From positions 1-42,062 of the forward strand of contig CAWUMN010000001.1 in the NCBI GenBank assembly GCA_963923595.1: 42,062 nucleotides of DNA, read 5' to 3'. Both the position numbers and the translations under genes were made by a program. The notes under the pieces were generated by a model. That model was not told the DNA's origin and did not search any database. It worked only from the letters and a program-made list of their open reading frames with translations. The DNA comes from an uncultured bacterium (lineage in GTDB: Bacteria; Verrucomicrobiota; Verrucomicrobiia; Chthoniobacterales; Terrimicrobiaceae). Of the stretch, positions 17,075-27,280 are shown one piece after another (position 1 is the stretch's first letter; each line of letters begins with the position of its first letter).

Positions 17075-18576
17075 GGCTGAAGCAAGGCGGGAGTGACGAG
17101 GTTCACGAGAAGTTGCGGGAAGAATCCAAAGAAGAGCATGACGCCGATGAGAAGCACAGCAGCCACGCGGGGCAGACCGGCGAGATCAGGCAGGCGCGAC
17201 CAGCGGTCCGGCAGTGGGCCCATGAAAATTTTCCGGTAGGCGCGGAGCATGTAGATCGCGGAAATGACAATTCCCCAGACCGCGCAAATGGTGGCGATCT
17301 GAATCGGGTTAAAGCGGAAAACCTCGGCGGCGGCTTCGGTTTGAGCCCGCATCAGGGTGGGTTGTCCCACGAACGAGCCGAAGAAAACCATCAACTCCGA
17401 GGCGAATCCGATGAAGCCGGGCAAGCCGACCGAGGCCATGGCGGCGAAACCGAAGGCGAGGCCTAGGCGCGGGGTGGCACGGGCGATGCCGCCAAGTTCG
17501 GAAAACTCCAGCGTGCCGGTGCGCTCGCGGATTTCCCCGCAAAGGGCAAAGAGAAGGGCGACGGTCAATCCGTGGCTGAGCAACATGAGCGAGGCGCCGG
17601 TGAGGCTGACGACATTGAGCGCGGCGAAGCCGAGGAAAATGTAGCCCATGTGCATGACGCTTGAGTAGCCGAGCATGGTGTCGAGCTTGCGCTGGGCGAT
17701 CGTCACATACCCGACATAGACGATGTTGCCGATAATCATAATGAGCAGCAGAGGGAGCAGCGCTTGGATCGACTCGGGAAAGACAGGGGCGCAAATGCGC
17801 AGGAGGCCGTAGAGGCCGAATTTCTTGAGGACACCGGCGTGGAGCATCGCCGCCGGAGCAGGCGCGGAGGCGTAGGCTTGGGGAGCCCAGGTGTGGAAGG
17901 GAAAGAGTGAAACGAGCGTTCCGAATCCGAAAAGCAACAGGAGGTAGACGATCGGATTGTCGGGGATTTTGCCCGCTTCGGCGAGTTGGACGATGTGGCG
18001 GAGGTCGAAGCTGCGATCACCGATCGGTTGAATGAGATAAAGGCCGGCGAGTCCCAAGAGGAGAACGAAGCTGCCGGTGGCCAGATACACGGTGGCTTTC
18101 CATGCGGCCGCCTGCCGGTCGCCAGATCCCCAAATTCCGATCAATAGGAAGGTCGGGATCAGGGCGAGTTCGTGGAACATGTAGAAGAAAAACACATCCA
18201 CCGAGGCGAAGGCGCCAATGACGCCGGCCGATATAAAAAGAAGGCTCGCGTAGAACCAGCGGTCGTTAGCCACCGGGGGACGGGCCACGGCGATGGCAGC
18301 GAGGGTGACGGCCGTTGAGAGGAAAAGCATGACGAGGCTCAAGCCATCCGCGCCGAGGGTGAAGTGGATGCCGAGCTGGGGAACCACAGGGAAGCTCGAG
18401 ACGAAATGGTAGCCGGCTTCGAATCCCCGGAATTTCACGGCCAGCACGAGAAGGAGAACCAAATTCAAGGCCGAGGCGACAAGTGAGATGGTGCGGGCTT
18501 TTCCACCCAGCATCACAAAACCGGCCGCAACCAGCGGGACAAGGATGAGAAAGAGTAGCGGGCTGACGGTGCTCAT
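17071..18576 (-). CDS. nuoM: NADH-quinone oxidoreductase subunit M
   Basis: Antiporter-like subunit with FHTWAPQAYASAPAPAAMLHAGVLKKFGLYG and GYSSVMHMGY blocks. Sits between nuoL and nuoN. Confidence 0.88.
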   Translation of the reverse strand: MSTVSPLLFLILVPLVAAGFVMLGGKARTISLVASALNLVLLLVLAVKFRGFEAGYHFVSSFPVVPQLGIHFTLGADGLSLVMLFLSTAVTLAAIAVARPPVANDRWFYASLLFISAGVIGAFASVDVFFFYMFHELALIPTFLLIGIWGSGDRQAAAWKATVYLATGSFVLLLGLAGLYLIQPIGDRSFDLRHIVQLAEAGKIPDNPIVYLLLLFGFGTLVSLFPFHTWAPQAYASAPAPAAMLHAGVLKKFGLYGLLRICAPVFPESIQALLPLLLIMIIGNIVYVGYVTIAQRKLDTMLGYSSVMHMGYIFLGFAALNVVSLTGASLMLLSHGLTVALLFALCGEIRERTGTLEFSELGGIARATPRLGLAFGFAAMASVGLPGFIGFASELMVFFGSFVGQPTLMRAQTEAAAEVFRFNPIQIATICAVWGIVISAIYMLRAYRKIFMGPLPDRWSRLPDLAGLPRVAAVLLIGVMLFFGFFPQLLVNLVTPALLQP

Positions 18577-20387
18577 TTGGAAAGCAGGATGTAGAGGAGG
18601 CCGACGACGCCCGCGCCGAAGAAGAAGGCGTAGGCTTGGATGTTGCCGATTTGCAGAAAGCGCAGGGCGAAACCGCAGGCCCAGGTGAGCTTGCTCGGGA
18701 TTTGGACGATTACGAGGTCAACGACCCAGCGGTCGGCCCAGGAGAGCGCGATCGAGCCGCCGCCTTGGATTTTGTTCACGAACCAGAAGTAGATGTCGTC
18801 GATGTAAAGGCGGTTGGCGAAAAGCGGGATCGAGATCGGGTCCTTCTCGGCTTTGAAATAGAGCAGGGCCGCGAGGCCGGCGCCGCCGAAGAACATCGCG
18901 TAGAGGAACGGATGCAGGAGGTGAGGAACGGCGTGCTCGTCGGGATGCGAGAGGGTGAAGAAGTGCTCTTGAACCATCGGCAGTCCGGCGAAGAGGGCTG
19001 GGACGGCGAGGATGAGCATCGGGACAAGCATCGAGATCGGTTGCTCGTGGGCGTGTTCGGCATGCTCGCTGCGGGCCTTGCCGAAAAACACTCCGAAAAA
19101 TTCGCGGAAGATGTAGAAAGCGGTGAGGCCTGCGGCGGCGGCGGCGAGCCAGCCGAGGAATGGAATTTTCACAACAGCCCATTCAATGATGAGGTCTTTG
19201 CTGAAGTAACCACTGGTGAAGGGGCAACCGGAGAGTGCGAGCATTCCGGCGATAAAGCAGATCATCGTGACGGGAGTTTTTTTGCGGAGCCCGCCCATGT
19301 GCCACATGTCGGTCTCGTGGTGCATGGCGATCATTACGGAACCCGCTGCAAGGAAGAGGAGGCACTTGAAGCAGGCGTGGGTGAAAAGGTGGAACATCGC
19401 CTCGTTCGAGGTCGGCGCGACCGCGATACCGAGCACCATGTAGCCGAGTTGGGAGATCGTCGAATAGGCGAGAATGCGCTTAATGTCGTTCTGTTGCGTG
19501 CCCATGAGCGCGGCACCGAAGCAGGTGATGCCACCGACCCAGGCGATGATCTCGCGCGCGTCGGGAACGACTTCGAGGATCGGAAAAATGCGGGCCAGCA
19601 TGTAAACGCCGGCGGCGACCATGGTCGCGGCGTGGAGCAGCGAGGAGACGGGCGTCGGGCCTTCCATCGAATTCGGGAGCCAGACATGGAGCGGCATCTG
19701 TGCGGACTTTCCAACTGTCCCCATGAAGACCAAAACGCAGGCGACAGTGAGATATACCGGCGCACCTTGGAAACCCGGGATCGCCGAGACCAAGCCCGAG
19801 AAAGCCACCGTGCCGGTCGCCGACCAGAGCAACAGGATGCCAAGCATGAAGCCAAAGTCGCCGATGCGGTTGACGATGAAGGCTTGTTTGCCGGCGTCAG
19901 CCGCCGAGTCCTTCGAGTAGTAGTGCCCGATGAGGATGTAGGAACTCACGCCGACGAGCTCCCAGAAGATGAACATCATCACGAAATTGTCCGCGAGGAC
20001 GATCCCGAGCATCGAAAAGAGGAACAGCGAGAGTCCGGCGAAAAAGCGCGTGTAGCCCTCCTCCTCCCGCATGTAGCCCGTGGAGTAGATAAAGACGAGG
20101 GTCGAGATTGTGGTCACCACGAGGAGCATGACTTTGCTCAAATGATCAATCGTGAAGCCGATTGAGATCGTGAGTTCCGGACCGAAGTTCAGCCAAGTGA
20201 AAGCCTGCGGCGGCACGATCTCGGTTTGGCGGAATAGCCACCAACTCAGGAAGCATCCGGTGGCGGCCGAGAGGATCGCAAGGCCGGCGCTCAGGGTTTT
20301 GGAAAACCTCCCGATGAGGAAAATCAGGATCGCCGCAACGAGCGGAGAGAAGAGAATGATCCAGGGCGCGGTTTGGGTGCTCATCAA
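18573..20387 (-). CDS. nuoL: NADH-quinone oxidoreductase subunit L
   Basis: 604 aa, with [50 protein letters not shown] and the C-terminal lateral-helix extension typical of NuoL. Confidence 0.9.
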   Translation of the reverse strand: MMSTQTAPWIILFSPLVAAILIFLIGRFSKTLSAGLAILSAATGCFLSWWLFRQTEIVPPQAFTWLNFGPELTISIGFTIDHLSKVMLLVVTTISTLVFIYSTGYMREEEGYTRFFAGLSLFLFSMLGIVLADNFVMMFIFWELVGVSSYILIGHYYSKDSAADAGKQAFIVNRIGDFGFMLGILLLWSATGTVAFSGLVSAIPGFQGAPVYLTVACVLVFMGTVGKSAQMPLHVWLPNSMEGPTPVSSLLHAATMVAAGVYMLARIFPILEVVPDAREIIAWVGGITCFGAALMGTQQNDIKRILAYSTISQLGYMVLGIAVAPTSNEAMFHLFTHACFKCLLFLAAGSVMIAMHHETDMWHMGGLRKKTPVTMICFIAGMLALSGCPFTSGYFSKDLIIEWAVVKIPFLGWLAAAAAGLTAFYIFREFFGVFFGKARSEHAEHAHEQPISMLVPMLILAVPALFAGLPMVQEHFFTLSHPDEHAVPHLLHPFLYAMFFGGAGLAALLYFKAEKDPISIPLFANRLYIDDIYFWFVNKIQGGGSIALSWADRWVVDLVIVQIPSKLTWACGFALRFLQIGNIQAYAFFFGAGVVGLLYILLSK

Positions 20388-20704
20388 AACTTCAGCGTGT
20401 TGAGGTCCTCGACATGCGTTGTCTGCTTGGCGCGGAAGAGGGCGACGATAATCGCCAAGCCCACAGCCACTTCCGCCGCCGCCACGGTGATGATGAAAAA
20501 CACCAGCACCTGGGCATTGTAGTTAGGCAACCCATTTGGCAAGAGGTTGAAACGCGAGAAGGCAACCAGCGAGAGGTTGGCGGCATTGAGCATCAACTCA
20601 AGCCCCATGAAGATGATCAGAATATTGCGGCGCAGAAGCACCCCGGCGAGGCCGAGGGAAAAGAGAAGTCCGCTGACAATGAGGTAATGCGCTAGCGTAG
20701 GCAT
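20384..20704 (-). CDS. nuoK: NADH-quinone oxidoreductase subunit K
   Basis: 106 aa, 3 TM helices, [12 protein letters not shown] block. Confidence 0.9.
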   Translation of the reverse strand: MPTLAHYLIVSGLLFSLGLAGVLLRRNILIIFMGLELMLNAANLSLVAFSRFNLLPNGLPNYNAQVLVFFIITVAAAEVAVGLAIIVALFRAKQTTHVEDLNTLKF

Positions 20705-20732
20705 GAAATTCTGGAAAAAACCGAGGCCGGCC

Positions 20733-21236
20733 TCACTTGAGCTCCTTTCGGCTCAGGAGGACGACACCGACCGTGGCGACTAGCAGAAGCACGCCGATGA
20801 TTTGAAACGGAAGGTTGTAATTCAGGAAAAGGGTGAAACCGACGCCGGCGACATCGTTGAACGAAGGATCGGCAATGGCAGGCTTGGTCTGATGCAGCGC
20901 GGGCCAGGCGGAAACGACCTGCGAGATCGCGGCGACAAAGCCGCCGATCACGAGCCCCCCACCCAACCAGGCGGACAGCCGGACCTTGCGTTGCTTTTCG
21001 GCCCGGAGATCAAGAAGCATAATAATAAATAGAAACAGCACCATCACCGCGCCGGCGTAGACCAGCACTTGCACGACCGCGATGAAGAAAGCATCGAGCG
21101 TCACGAACACCGCCGCCAAGGCAACGAAGGTCATCACGAGGCTCATCGCGCTGGAGACGGGATTCCGCAGGAACACCACGCCCAAGGCGAAGACCAACAT
21201 AAGAATCGAGAAAATCCAGAAAAGGGCGAGTTGCAT
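20733..21236 (-). CDS. nuoJ: NADH-quinone oxidoreductase subunit J
   Basis: 167 aa, 5 TM helices, [21 protein letters not shown] block. Sits between nuoI and nuoK. Confidence 0.85.
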   Translation of the reverse strand: MQLALFWIFSILMLVFALGVVFLRNPVSSAMSLVMTFVALAAVFVTLDAFFIAVVQVLVYAGAVMVLFLFIIMLLDLRAEKQRKVRLSAWLGGGLVIGGFVAAISQVVSAWPALHQTKPAIADPSFNDVAGVGFTLFLNYNLPFQIIGVLLLVATVGVVLLSRKELK

Positions 21237-21259
21237 GGGCGAGTTCGAAAAGGGGCGTT

Positions 21260-21790
21260 CTACTTTTTATCGTTCCACTTGTTCACGAGGCCCTTCATCT
21301 CGCCGCCCAATTCCCGGAGCTTGTGGATGTCGTGGACCATTTCCTGCCGGCTGAGGCCGGTGATCGAATAGTCCTTGCGGAGGAAGATCGCCTGCTCCGG
21401 ACAGACTTCCTCGCAGAGACCGCAATAAATGCAGCGAATCATATCAATATCGAAAGTCTTCGGGCGCTTCTCGACTTTCCCCCAGCGCTCATCGACCGGA
21501 ATTTCCTCTGGGTGGATCGTAATGGCGCGCGGCGGGCAAATGAATTCACACATCTGGCAACCCACGCAACGGTCGCGGCCGTAGTCGTCGCTCACGAGCG
21601 TCGGCGCCCCGCGATACCACGAAGGCATCTGGGCGTCCCACTTCTGCTCGGGATACTGCATGGTGACCTTCGTCTGCCCGGTGATCTGGCGGAAGATGTG
21701 CTTCAGCGTGACAAGCAACCCCCCGATGATTGTGGGCAGATAGATTTTTTCAGCCAGATTGAGGCGGGGTCGCGTGACAGTGATGGCCAT
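21260..21790 (-). CDS. nuoI: NADH-quinone oxidoreductase subunit I (2x[4Fe-4S])
   Basis: Two ferredoxin motifs, CVGCQMCEFICP and CIYCGLCEEVCP. Confidence 0.92.
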   Translation of the reverse strand: MAITVTRPRLNLAEKIYLPTIIGGLLVTLKHIFRQITGQTKVTMQYPEQKWDAQMPSWYRGAPTLVSDDYGRDRCVGCQMCEFICPPRAITIHPEEIPVDERWGKVEKRPKTFDIDMIRCIYCGLCEEVCPEQAIFLRKDYSITGLSRQEMVHDIHKLRELGGEMKGLVNKWNDKK

Positions 21791-21839
21791 GAAAGTGCGA
21801 GGGTTCTAGCAAGGTTCTCCGAGCGTGGCAACGCCGGAC

Positions 21840-22364
21840 TCAACTTTTTTGGCGGAGCCTCGCCTGCTCAGCGATTCCGGGCTCGATGAGTGCCTGCTTG
21901 AGGCGGGTCGCCGCGGATGCGGGGACGAATTTTTCCACATCCCCGCCGAAAAGCGCGACCTCCTTGACGATGCGCGAACTGAGATAAGTGTAGTCCTCTT
22001 TCGGCGTGAGATAGACCGTCTCGAGGCGCGGCTCGAGCTTGCGGTTCATCAGCGCCATTTGGAATTCGAACTCGAAATCCGAGACCGCCCGCAGGCCGCG
22101 GATCACGGTGAAGACCCCCTGCTCGCGGGCGAAATCCACGAGCAGGCCATGCAAGGGGAGAATTTGGATGGCGGGATTGTCGCCGAGCGTGTCGCGGAGC
22201 ATTTGCATGCGCACCTCGACGCCAAAGAGCGGACCCTTCGCCCGGCTCGCGGCAACAGCCACGATCACGGACGAGAAAATCTGCGTGCTCCTCATGATCA
22301 CATCGAGGTGACCGAGATGCACGGGGTCGAAACTGCCGGGATAGATCGCGCGGTTTTCCTTCAT
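21840..22364 (-). CDS. coaD: phosphopantetheine adenylyltransferase
   Basis: AIYPGSFDPVHLGHLDVI (HxGH nucleotidyltransferase motif), RGLRAVSDFEFE and ISSRIVKEV-like blocks. Confidence 0.9.
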   Translation of the reverse strand: MKENRAIYPGSFDPVHLGHLDVIMRSTQIFSSVIVAVAASRAKGPLFGVEVRMQMLRDTLGDNPAIQILPLHGLLVDFAREQGVFTVIRGLRAVSDFEFEFQMALMNRKLEPRLETVYLTPKEDYTYLSSRIVKEVALFGGDVEKFVPASAATRLKQALIEPGIAEQARLRQKS

Positions 22365-22423
22365 GGGACGATTCCTCTTTCACTGGATGCCGGGCGGTTT
22401 GGAAAGAGGAATCGTCCCGGCGG

Positions 22424-24277
22424 CTACTCGACCGTCACGCTCTTGGCGAGGTTTCGCGGCTTGTCTACATCGCACCCCAATTCAACGCCGATATGGTAGG
22501 CGAGCAATTGGAGTGGCAGGACGGTGAGGATCGGCGTGAGGAATTCCTCGCAGGGCGGCACGAGCACGACATCGTCGCACAGGTCGGCGAGCACGTCGTC
22601 GCCTTGGGTTCCCACCGCGAAGACTGGGCCATTGCGGGCCTTCACCTCCTCGATGTTGCCGAGGTTTTTTTCGAAAAGCCCGTCCTGCGGCGCGATGAAA
22701 ACGCTCGGCGTTTCCTCGTTCACCAGCGCGATCACGCCGTGCTTCAACTCCGCGCTGGGATGTGCGCAGGTGGAGATGTAGCTGATCTCTTTCAGCTTCA
22801 GCGCCCCCTCGAGTGCGACGGGAAAATTCGCCTGCCGGCCGAGGAAGAGGAAGCTCTTCGCAGCAGCGTATTTTTTGGCGATACGGCGAATATCGACATC
22901 CACCAGCTCCAGCGTCAAGGCGACGAGGTCAGGGAGCTTTTCCAGCGCCTCGAGGATTTGGACTCCGTCGGCCTGGCGTAAATCCCGCATGCGCCCGAGC
23001 ATCAGGCCGAGCATCGTGAGCACGAGCACTTGCGAGGTGAAGGACTTCGTGGCGGCGACTCCGACCTCTTGACCGGCGCGGAGGTCGATCCCGCCATCAC
23101 TCTCGCGGCTGATCGTGCTGAAGGCATTGTTGCAAATGCCAAAGGTCGGCGCGCCCCGGCGGCGGCATTCCCGCAACGCTGCGAGCGTGTCGGCTGTCTC
23201 CCCGCTTTGGCTCAACGCAAAGACCGCCGTGCCAACTTCGAGTGGCGAATTTCGATAGCGGAACTCGCTGGCGATCTCGCACTCCACCGGCACACGGGAG
23301 AGCAACTCGATGATGTATTCGCCGGCCAGCGCCGCGTTGAACGAGGTGCCGCAACCGGTGAGAATCAAAGTCTCCCACAGCCGCAACTCCTCGGGCTTTC
23401 GCTCGATTCCATTCAGGCGCGCCGTTGCCTCGTCGGCAACCAACCTCCCCCGCATCGCCTCGCGCAAAGTCTCGGGCTGCTCGTGGATTTCCTTTTGCAT
23501 GAAATGCTCGAAGTCGCCCTTGCTTACGGCCTCGGCCGTGATGTCCATCGATCTCACATCCACCGGCGCGGCGGCGCCTCCATCGATCATCGAGACCTCG
23601 AAGTTCGTGCCATCGAGCCACGCGACCTCGCCATCATTCAAATAAACAAAATCCGAGGCCCAGCCGGCGACGGCCGCCGGATCGCTGGCGAGGAATTGCC
23701 CGCCGTCGCCGAGCCCGAGGGCTAGGGGACTACCCCTCCGCGCGGCGAGGAGAAAATCCCCCAAATCCTCATGCAGGACACCGATCGCGTAGGTTCCCCT
23801 CACCTGCCGCAAAGCCTCCCTCGTGGCCTCAACCAAACCCTCGCGCGACTTGTCTTCATGGCCGTCGAAAGCCTCGCCGATCAACCGCGAGATCACCTCG
23901 GTATCGGTCTGGGATGCGAAGACATGCCCCCGCGCCTCGAGTTCGGCGCGGAGGTCCTTGTGGTTTTCAACGACCCCGTTGTGGACCAGCACCAACCGCC
24001 CCGATGCGTCGCGGTGCGGGTGCGCGTTTTCCAGCGTCACCCCGCCGTGCGTCGCCCAGCGTGTGTGGCTGATGCCGCTCGTTCCCGAGACCGGATGGCT
24101 TTGGATTTCCTCAACAAGTGACGAGACATGGCCGACCGCTTTGCGAATTTCGATTTTTCCACGATTCAGCACAGCGGCGCCGGCCGAATCGTAACCCCGG
24201 TATTCCAGACGGCCGAGCCCCTCCAGCAGGAAGGGCACGGCGTCGGAATCCCCAACATAACCGACGATTCCACACAT
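22424..24277 (-). CDS. glmS: glutamine--fructose-6-phosphate aminotransferase (isomerizing)
   Basis: N-terminal MCGIVGY (Cys2 nucleophile), two SIS domains and the C-terminal DVDKPRNLAKSVTVE. Confidence 0.95.
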   Translation of the reverse strand: MCGIVGYVGDSDAVPFLLEGLGRLEYRGYDSAGAAVLNRGKIEIRKAVGHVSSLVEEIQSHPVSGTSGISHTRWATHGGVTLENAHPHRDASGRLVLVHNGVVENHKDLRAELEARGHVFASQTDTEVISRLIGEAFDGHEDKSREGLVEATREALRQVRGTYAIGVLHEDLGDFLLAARRGSPLALGLGDGGQFLASDPAAVAGWASDFVYLNDGEVAWLDGTNFEVSMIDGGAAAPVDVRSMDITAEAVSKGDFEHFMQKEIHEQPETLREAMRGRLVADEATARLNGIERKPEELRLWETLILTGCGTSFNAALAGEYIIELLSRVPVECEIASEFRYRNSPLEVGTAVFALSQSGETADTLAALRECRRRGAPTFGICNNAFSTISRESDGGIDLRAGQEVGVAATKSFTSQVLVLTMLGLMLGRMRDLRQADGVQILEALEKLPDLVALTLELVDVDIRRIAKKYAAAKSFLFLGRQANFPVALEGALKLKEISYISTCAHPSAELKHGVIALVNEETPSVFIAPQDGLFEKNLGNIEEVKARNGPVFAVGTQGDDVLADLCDDVVLVPPCEEFLTPILTVLPLQLLAYHIGVELGCDVDKPRNLAKSVTVE

Positions 24278-24279
24278 GA

Positions 24280-25887
24280 TCAGTTAAGTGTTCCATCGAG
24301 GGGGGTGAATTCGTAGCCCAGCGATTTGAGACCATCGACCGTCTCGCGCAGGTATTGAGGATCGACATACCAGTGGAAATAAAATCCAGCCCACCCATCT
24401 CGCACGACCTTGAGCGCCTTGGCACGCTGCAACAGATCGTTCGGCAAGCTCGGCGGTTGGATTTCATACCACCCCCAGGGATCGATGTAGCCGATCGTCT
24501 CGGGGATGCGTTTCAGCCCGTAGGTATCGCGATAGATGAAGGGCGAGTTCAACTCGCTCGCTTGCGTGACGCCCTGTGAATCCTTGAAAAACAGGATGCT
24601 TCGGTCGCAGGCGAACGGGTAGATGCTGGCAAACGCCTTATAGCCCTCGGGAGTCGATAGGTAGTGCGGCGTGAGCCAACCCACCGGCGTGAACCCCGCG
24701 TTGAGCAGTATGTTTTTTCCACGCGTCACGCGCTTCTTCGCATTCGCAATCGAGTTGTCCGGCAACGGCCCGACCAGAGTCAGGAAGCCATGCTCGTCGG
24801 CCGTCACCCGGTAGAACTCGTAATCGTCGCCGCTGACTCCCGAGTAGGGATTCAGCAATCCATCGATCTGGTGCGTCGTTCCATGCTGCAGAATCTGGCC
24901 CCCGAAGGTCGTCCAACGCTTGATCTCCGCAGTAACCGGGCTGGTTTTGGTGACGCGAACCGTCTCGGCCACGCCGTCATTGTAGACCCCCGACCAGTCG
25001 CGGTATTCGGGAATCAAGCTGATGGTGAACGGCACATCGAGCGAGTCGAGCGTGTCGCCGAGCGCCTTGATCGTCGGCAGATCGCAGACCGCCGTCACAT
25101 CCTCGATGCGAAAGAAGGCGCGGTGCTTCTCCTCGTGGAAAATGCCCAGCATGTCGTGGAGCAAATCCTGAAAGGCAAGCGAACGGTTTTCAAAGCTGGT
25201 CGAGATCATCGGCATGTCGGCCACGACCCAGAAATTTCCGCTCTGCACGACATACGGCCAGGCTTTACCCTGCTCGTCGAGGGCGGTGGCGTAGACCTTC
25301 GCCTTGGCGGGATCGAGGATTTCCAGGCGGGTCAGGCCGAGGTCGAACTGCTCTTTTTTCAGCTCGGTCTCCTTGTAGACCACGGTGGGATGCTTGGCTC
25401 CAGAGTAGGACGCAAGCCGGAATCCGTAACGCTGCTCGAAGGCCGGGCTGTAGGAATAGTCGGCGAGATTCCAAGCGTAGCGCCAGAGATTCACGCCGAG
25501 CCACACGAACGGGCGGGTGGTCGCCTCAAGGTCTGTCTGGAAAATACCGGGCAACGGCGTTTCGTTCCAGACCGACGCAAGGTAGAAAGTCGCATCGTGG
25601 CCTTGCAGGTCCCCCGCGAGGTATTGCGAGAACGGCTTTCTGACGACCCGGGCCTCGAAATGCCCGAGCAGGTTCTCGAGTTTTGCCGAGTAGATTTCTC
25701 CGAGCCAGCCGTATTGCCCCTCGTTGTCGTAAAGAACGAGCACCGATGGCCCGACTGGAACCGTATCGACTCCCCCAGCAGGTGGGGTGATCAGCAGGAC
25801 CGCCGCCAGAACCAGCGCGGTCAGGCAACCGCATTGAATCCAGACGGTGGGGGTCCATCGTTTTCGAGTTGTTGTGTGTGTGTTCAT
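24280..25887 (-). CDS. membrane-anchored DUF2334-like (polysaccharide-deacetylase-fold) protein
   Basis: N-terminal TM helix. The FFRIEDVTAVCDLPTIKALGDTLDSLDVPFTISLIPEY block resembles DUF2334/NodB-fold proteins. The ATG at 25887 has GGAGGG 8 nt upstream. The stop is 2 nt from the glmS ATG. Confidence 0.5.
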   Translation of the reverse strand: MNTHTTTRKRWTPTVWIQCGCLTALVLAAVLLITPPAGGVDTVPVGPSVLVLYDNEGQYGWLGEIYSAKLENLLGHFEARVVRKPFSQYLAGDLQGHDATFYLASVWNETPLPGIFQTDLEATTRPFVWLGVNLWRYAWNLADYSYSPAFEQRYGFRLASYSGAKHPTVVYKETELKKEQFDLGLTRLEILDPAKAKVYATALDEQGKAWPYVVQSGNFWVVADMPMISTSFENRSLAFQDLLHDMLGIFHEEKHRAFFRIEDVTAVCDLPTIKALGDTLDSLDVPFTISLIPEYRDWSGVYNDGVAETVRVTKTSPVTAEIKRWTTFGGQILQHGTTHQIDGLLNPYSGVSGDDYEFYRVTADEHGFLTLVGPLPDNSIANAKKRVTRGKNILLNAGFTPVGWLTPHYLSTPEGYKAFASIYPFACDRSILFFKDSQGVTQASELNSPFIYRDTYGLKRIPETIGYIDPWGWYEIQPPSLPNDLLQRAKALKVVRDGWAGFYFHWYVDPQYLRETVDGLKSLGYEFTPLDGTLN

Positions 25888-26001
25888 ATTTTTCCCTCCG
25901 CCCGCAATTTGAATCGGAGGGAAAACCGGCGCGATGGGGACATCCCCCGCCACAGACGAACAGGCCAGTTGCGTGCCAGGTTTTAAGAAGGCGGGCCTTT
26001 T

Positions 26002-27276
26002 CTAAAAATCGATCGAACAGGCCAAGCCGAGGACGAAAGCGTTCGGCACAGCTCCATTGCCGCCGGGCTGGATCACATATTGCACATCGGGCTGGATCGA
26101 GAGCCATGGCGTGATTTGGGCCTGATAGGTCGCTTCGAGAACGATTTCGAGGCCCGACTCGGGGCCGGAGAGTTCCCCGGTCGCGCCGGGCGTAAGGGTG
26201 TCCCAGCAAAGGGCGATGCCGAAGGCGTCAGAGTCCCGACCGGGAATCAGCCCGGTATAGGTCAGGCCGGAGTTGAAGATAAACGACAGGGGCGTTTGGT
26301 CGGGACTGCCGGTGAATCCCGAGCGCACAAACGCGGCGAGACCCTGCGGTGAATCTGGTTGAGAGCCCGGTTCGCGATAAACCCACTGGTCGATGATCCC
26401 GTAGAAAAACGAATCGCCCCACGCGCTGCCGGTTCCGTCGCTGTAGGGCGAATAGCCGGTATCAAACATCGCGCCGAGTTTGAAGGTGCCGGGGAGCTTT
26501 GCGTCGTCCCAGCCATACCAGGCCTCTCCGATCAGCAGATAGCCGTTCAAGCGATCGAAATCCCATGCGAAATTCGTCGGGTTCACGGAATCCGGCAGAA
26601 CGGTTCCCTGCATCACAGCGGCCTGAAATTTCCACCCTCCGCCGGGTTCGAAAGCCATGTAAACACCCGGCGCGGCATAGGGATAGGCGGGCGAACCGCC
26701 CATGTCGCCATTGTAAAGGATCGGCCAACCGAATCCGCCATATTGAAAAAGGGCTGCTTTATCAGAAACCGTGAACTCCGAATCCACATTGAACATCCCG
26801 GCACGGAGAGTGAGTTGGTCGGAGAAAAGTTTTTGCTGGAGCCAGAGGTCGAGCGCCCGGAAACAAGCGGGACCTTCGAAATTGCTGAGTCCGAAATTCG
26901 ACCCGACAAGCTCAGGCGCAGGAGGGGTTCCGCTGATCCAGATCCAGGTGGTGTTGAAGGAACCGCCCTGCCAGCCGATGGCTTTCTCCAAATCCGCCGC
27001 CAAGCCGAATTGCAGGAGTCCAAAGTAGGTCGCGCCGGTGCGAAGGCCGCCGACGGTGTTGCCCCAAACCTGCGAGGTGTAGGTGGCCGTGAAATCGAAT
27101 CCGTCATCCCGCAGAAGAGGCCGGTTCCCGAACCAATCGCCGGTCGCCAAGTCCCACTTCATCCAGGGATCCTTCACCGGCGATTCCTCCGCGCGGAGTG
27201 GCTGGAAAAACAAAACGACGGCGGCGAGACCGAGGAGGAATTGGGATTTCAGATGATGGATTTTTACTCGATGCAT
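26002..27276 (-). CDS. carbohydrate-selective porin, OprB family
   Basis: Signal peptide MHRVKIHHLKSQFLLGLAAVVLFFQPLRAEE, then DWFGNRPLLRDDGFDFTATYTSQVWGNTVGG and a C-terminal beta-strand ending in F. The ORF-track extension to 27600 overlaps comM and is rejected. Confidence 0.75.
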   Translation of the reverse strand: MHRVKIHHLKSQFLLGLAAVVLFFQPLRAEESPVKDPWMKWDLATGDWFGNRPLLRDDGFDFTATYTSQVWGNTVGGLRTGATYFGLLQFGLAADLEKAIGWQGGSFNTTWIWISGTPPAPELVGSNFGLSNFEGPACFRALDLWLQQKLFSDQLTLRAGMFNVDSEFTVSDKAALFQYGGFGWPILYNGDMGGSPAYPYAAPGVYMAFEPGGGWKFQAAVMQGTVLPDSVNPTNFAWDFDRLNGYLLIGEAWYGWDDAKLPGTFKLGAMFDTGYSPYSDGTGSAWGDSFFYGIIDQWVYREPGSQPDSPQGLAAFVRSGFTGSPDQTPLSFIFNSGLTYTGLIPGRDSDAFGIALCWDTLTPGATGELSGPESGLEIVLEATYQAQITPWLSIQPDVQYVIQPGGNGAVPNAFVLGLACSIDF

Positions 27277-27280
27277 GGCT

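Noticed and set aside
22365-24279. glmS ribozyme or other leader RNA upstream of glmS.
   Set aside because: The glmS ATG (24277) is 2 nt from the upstream gene's stop, so there is no leader space. The 59 nt downstream of glmS show no obvious structure.
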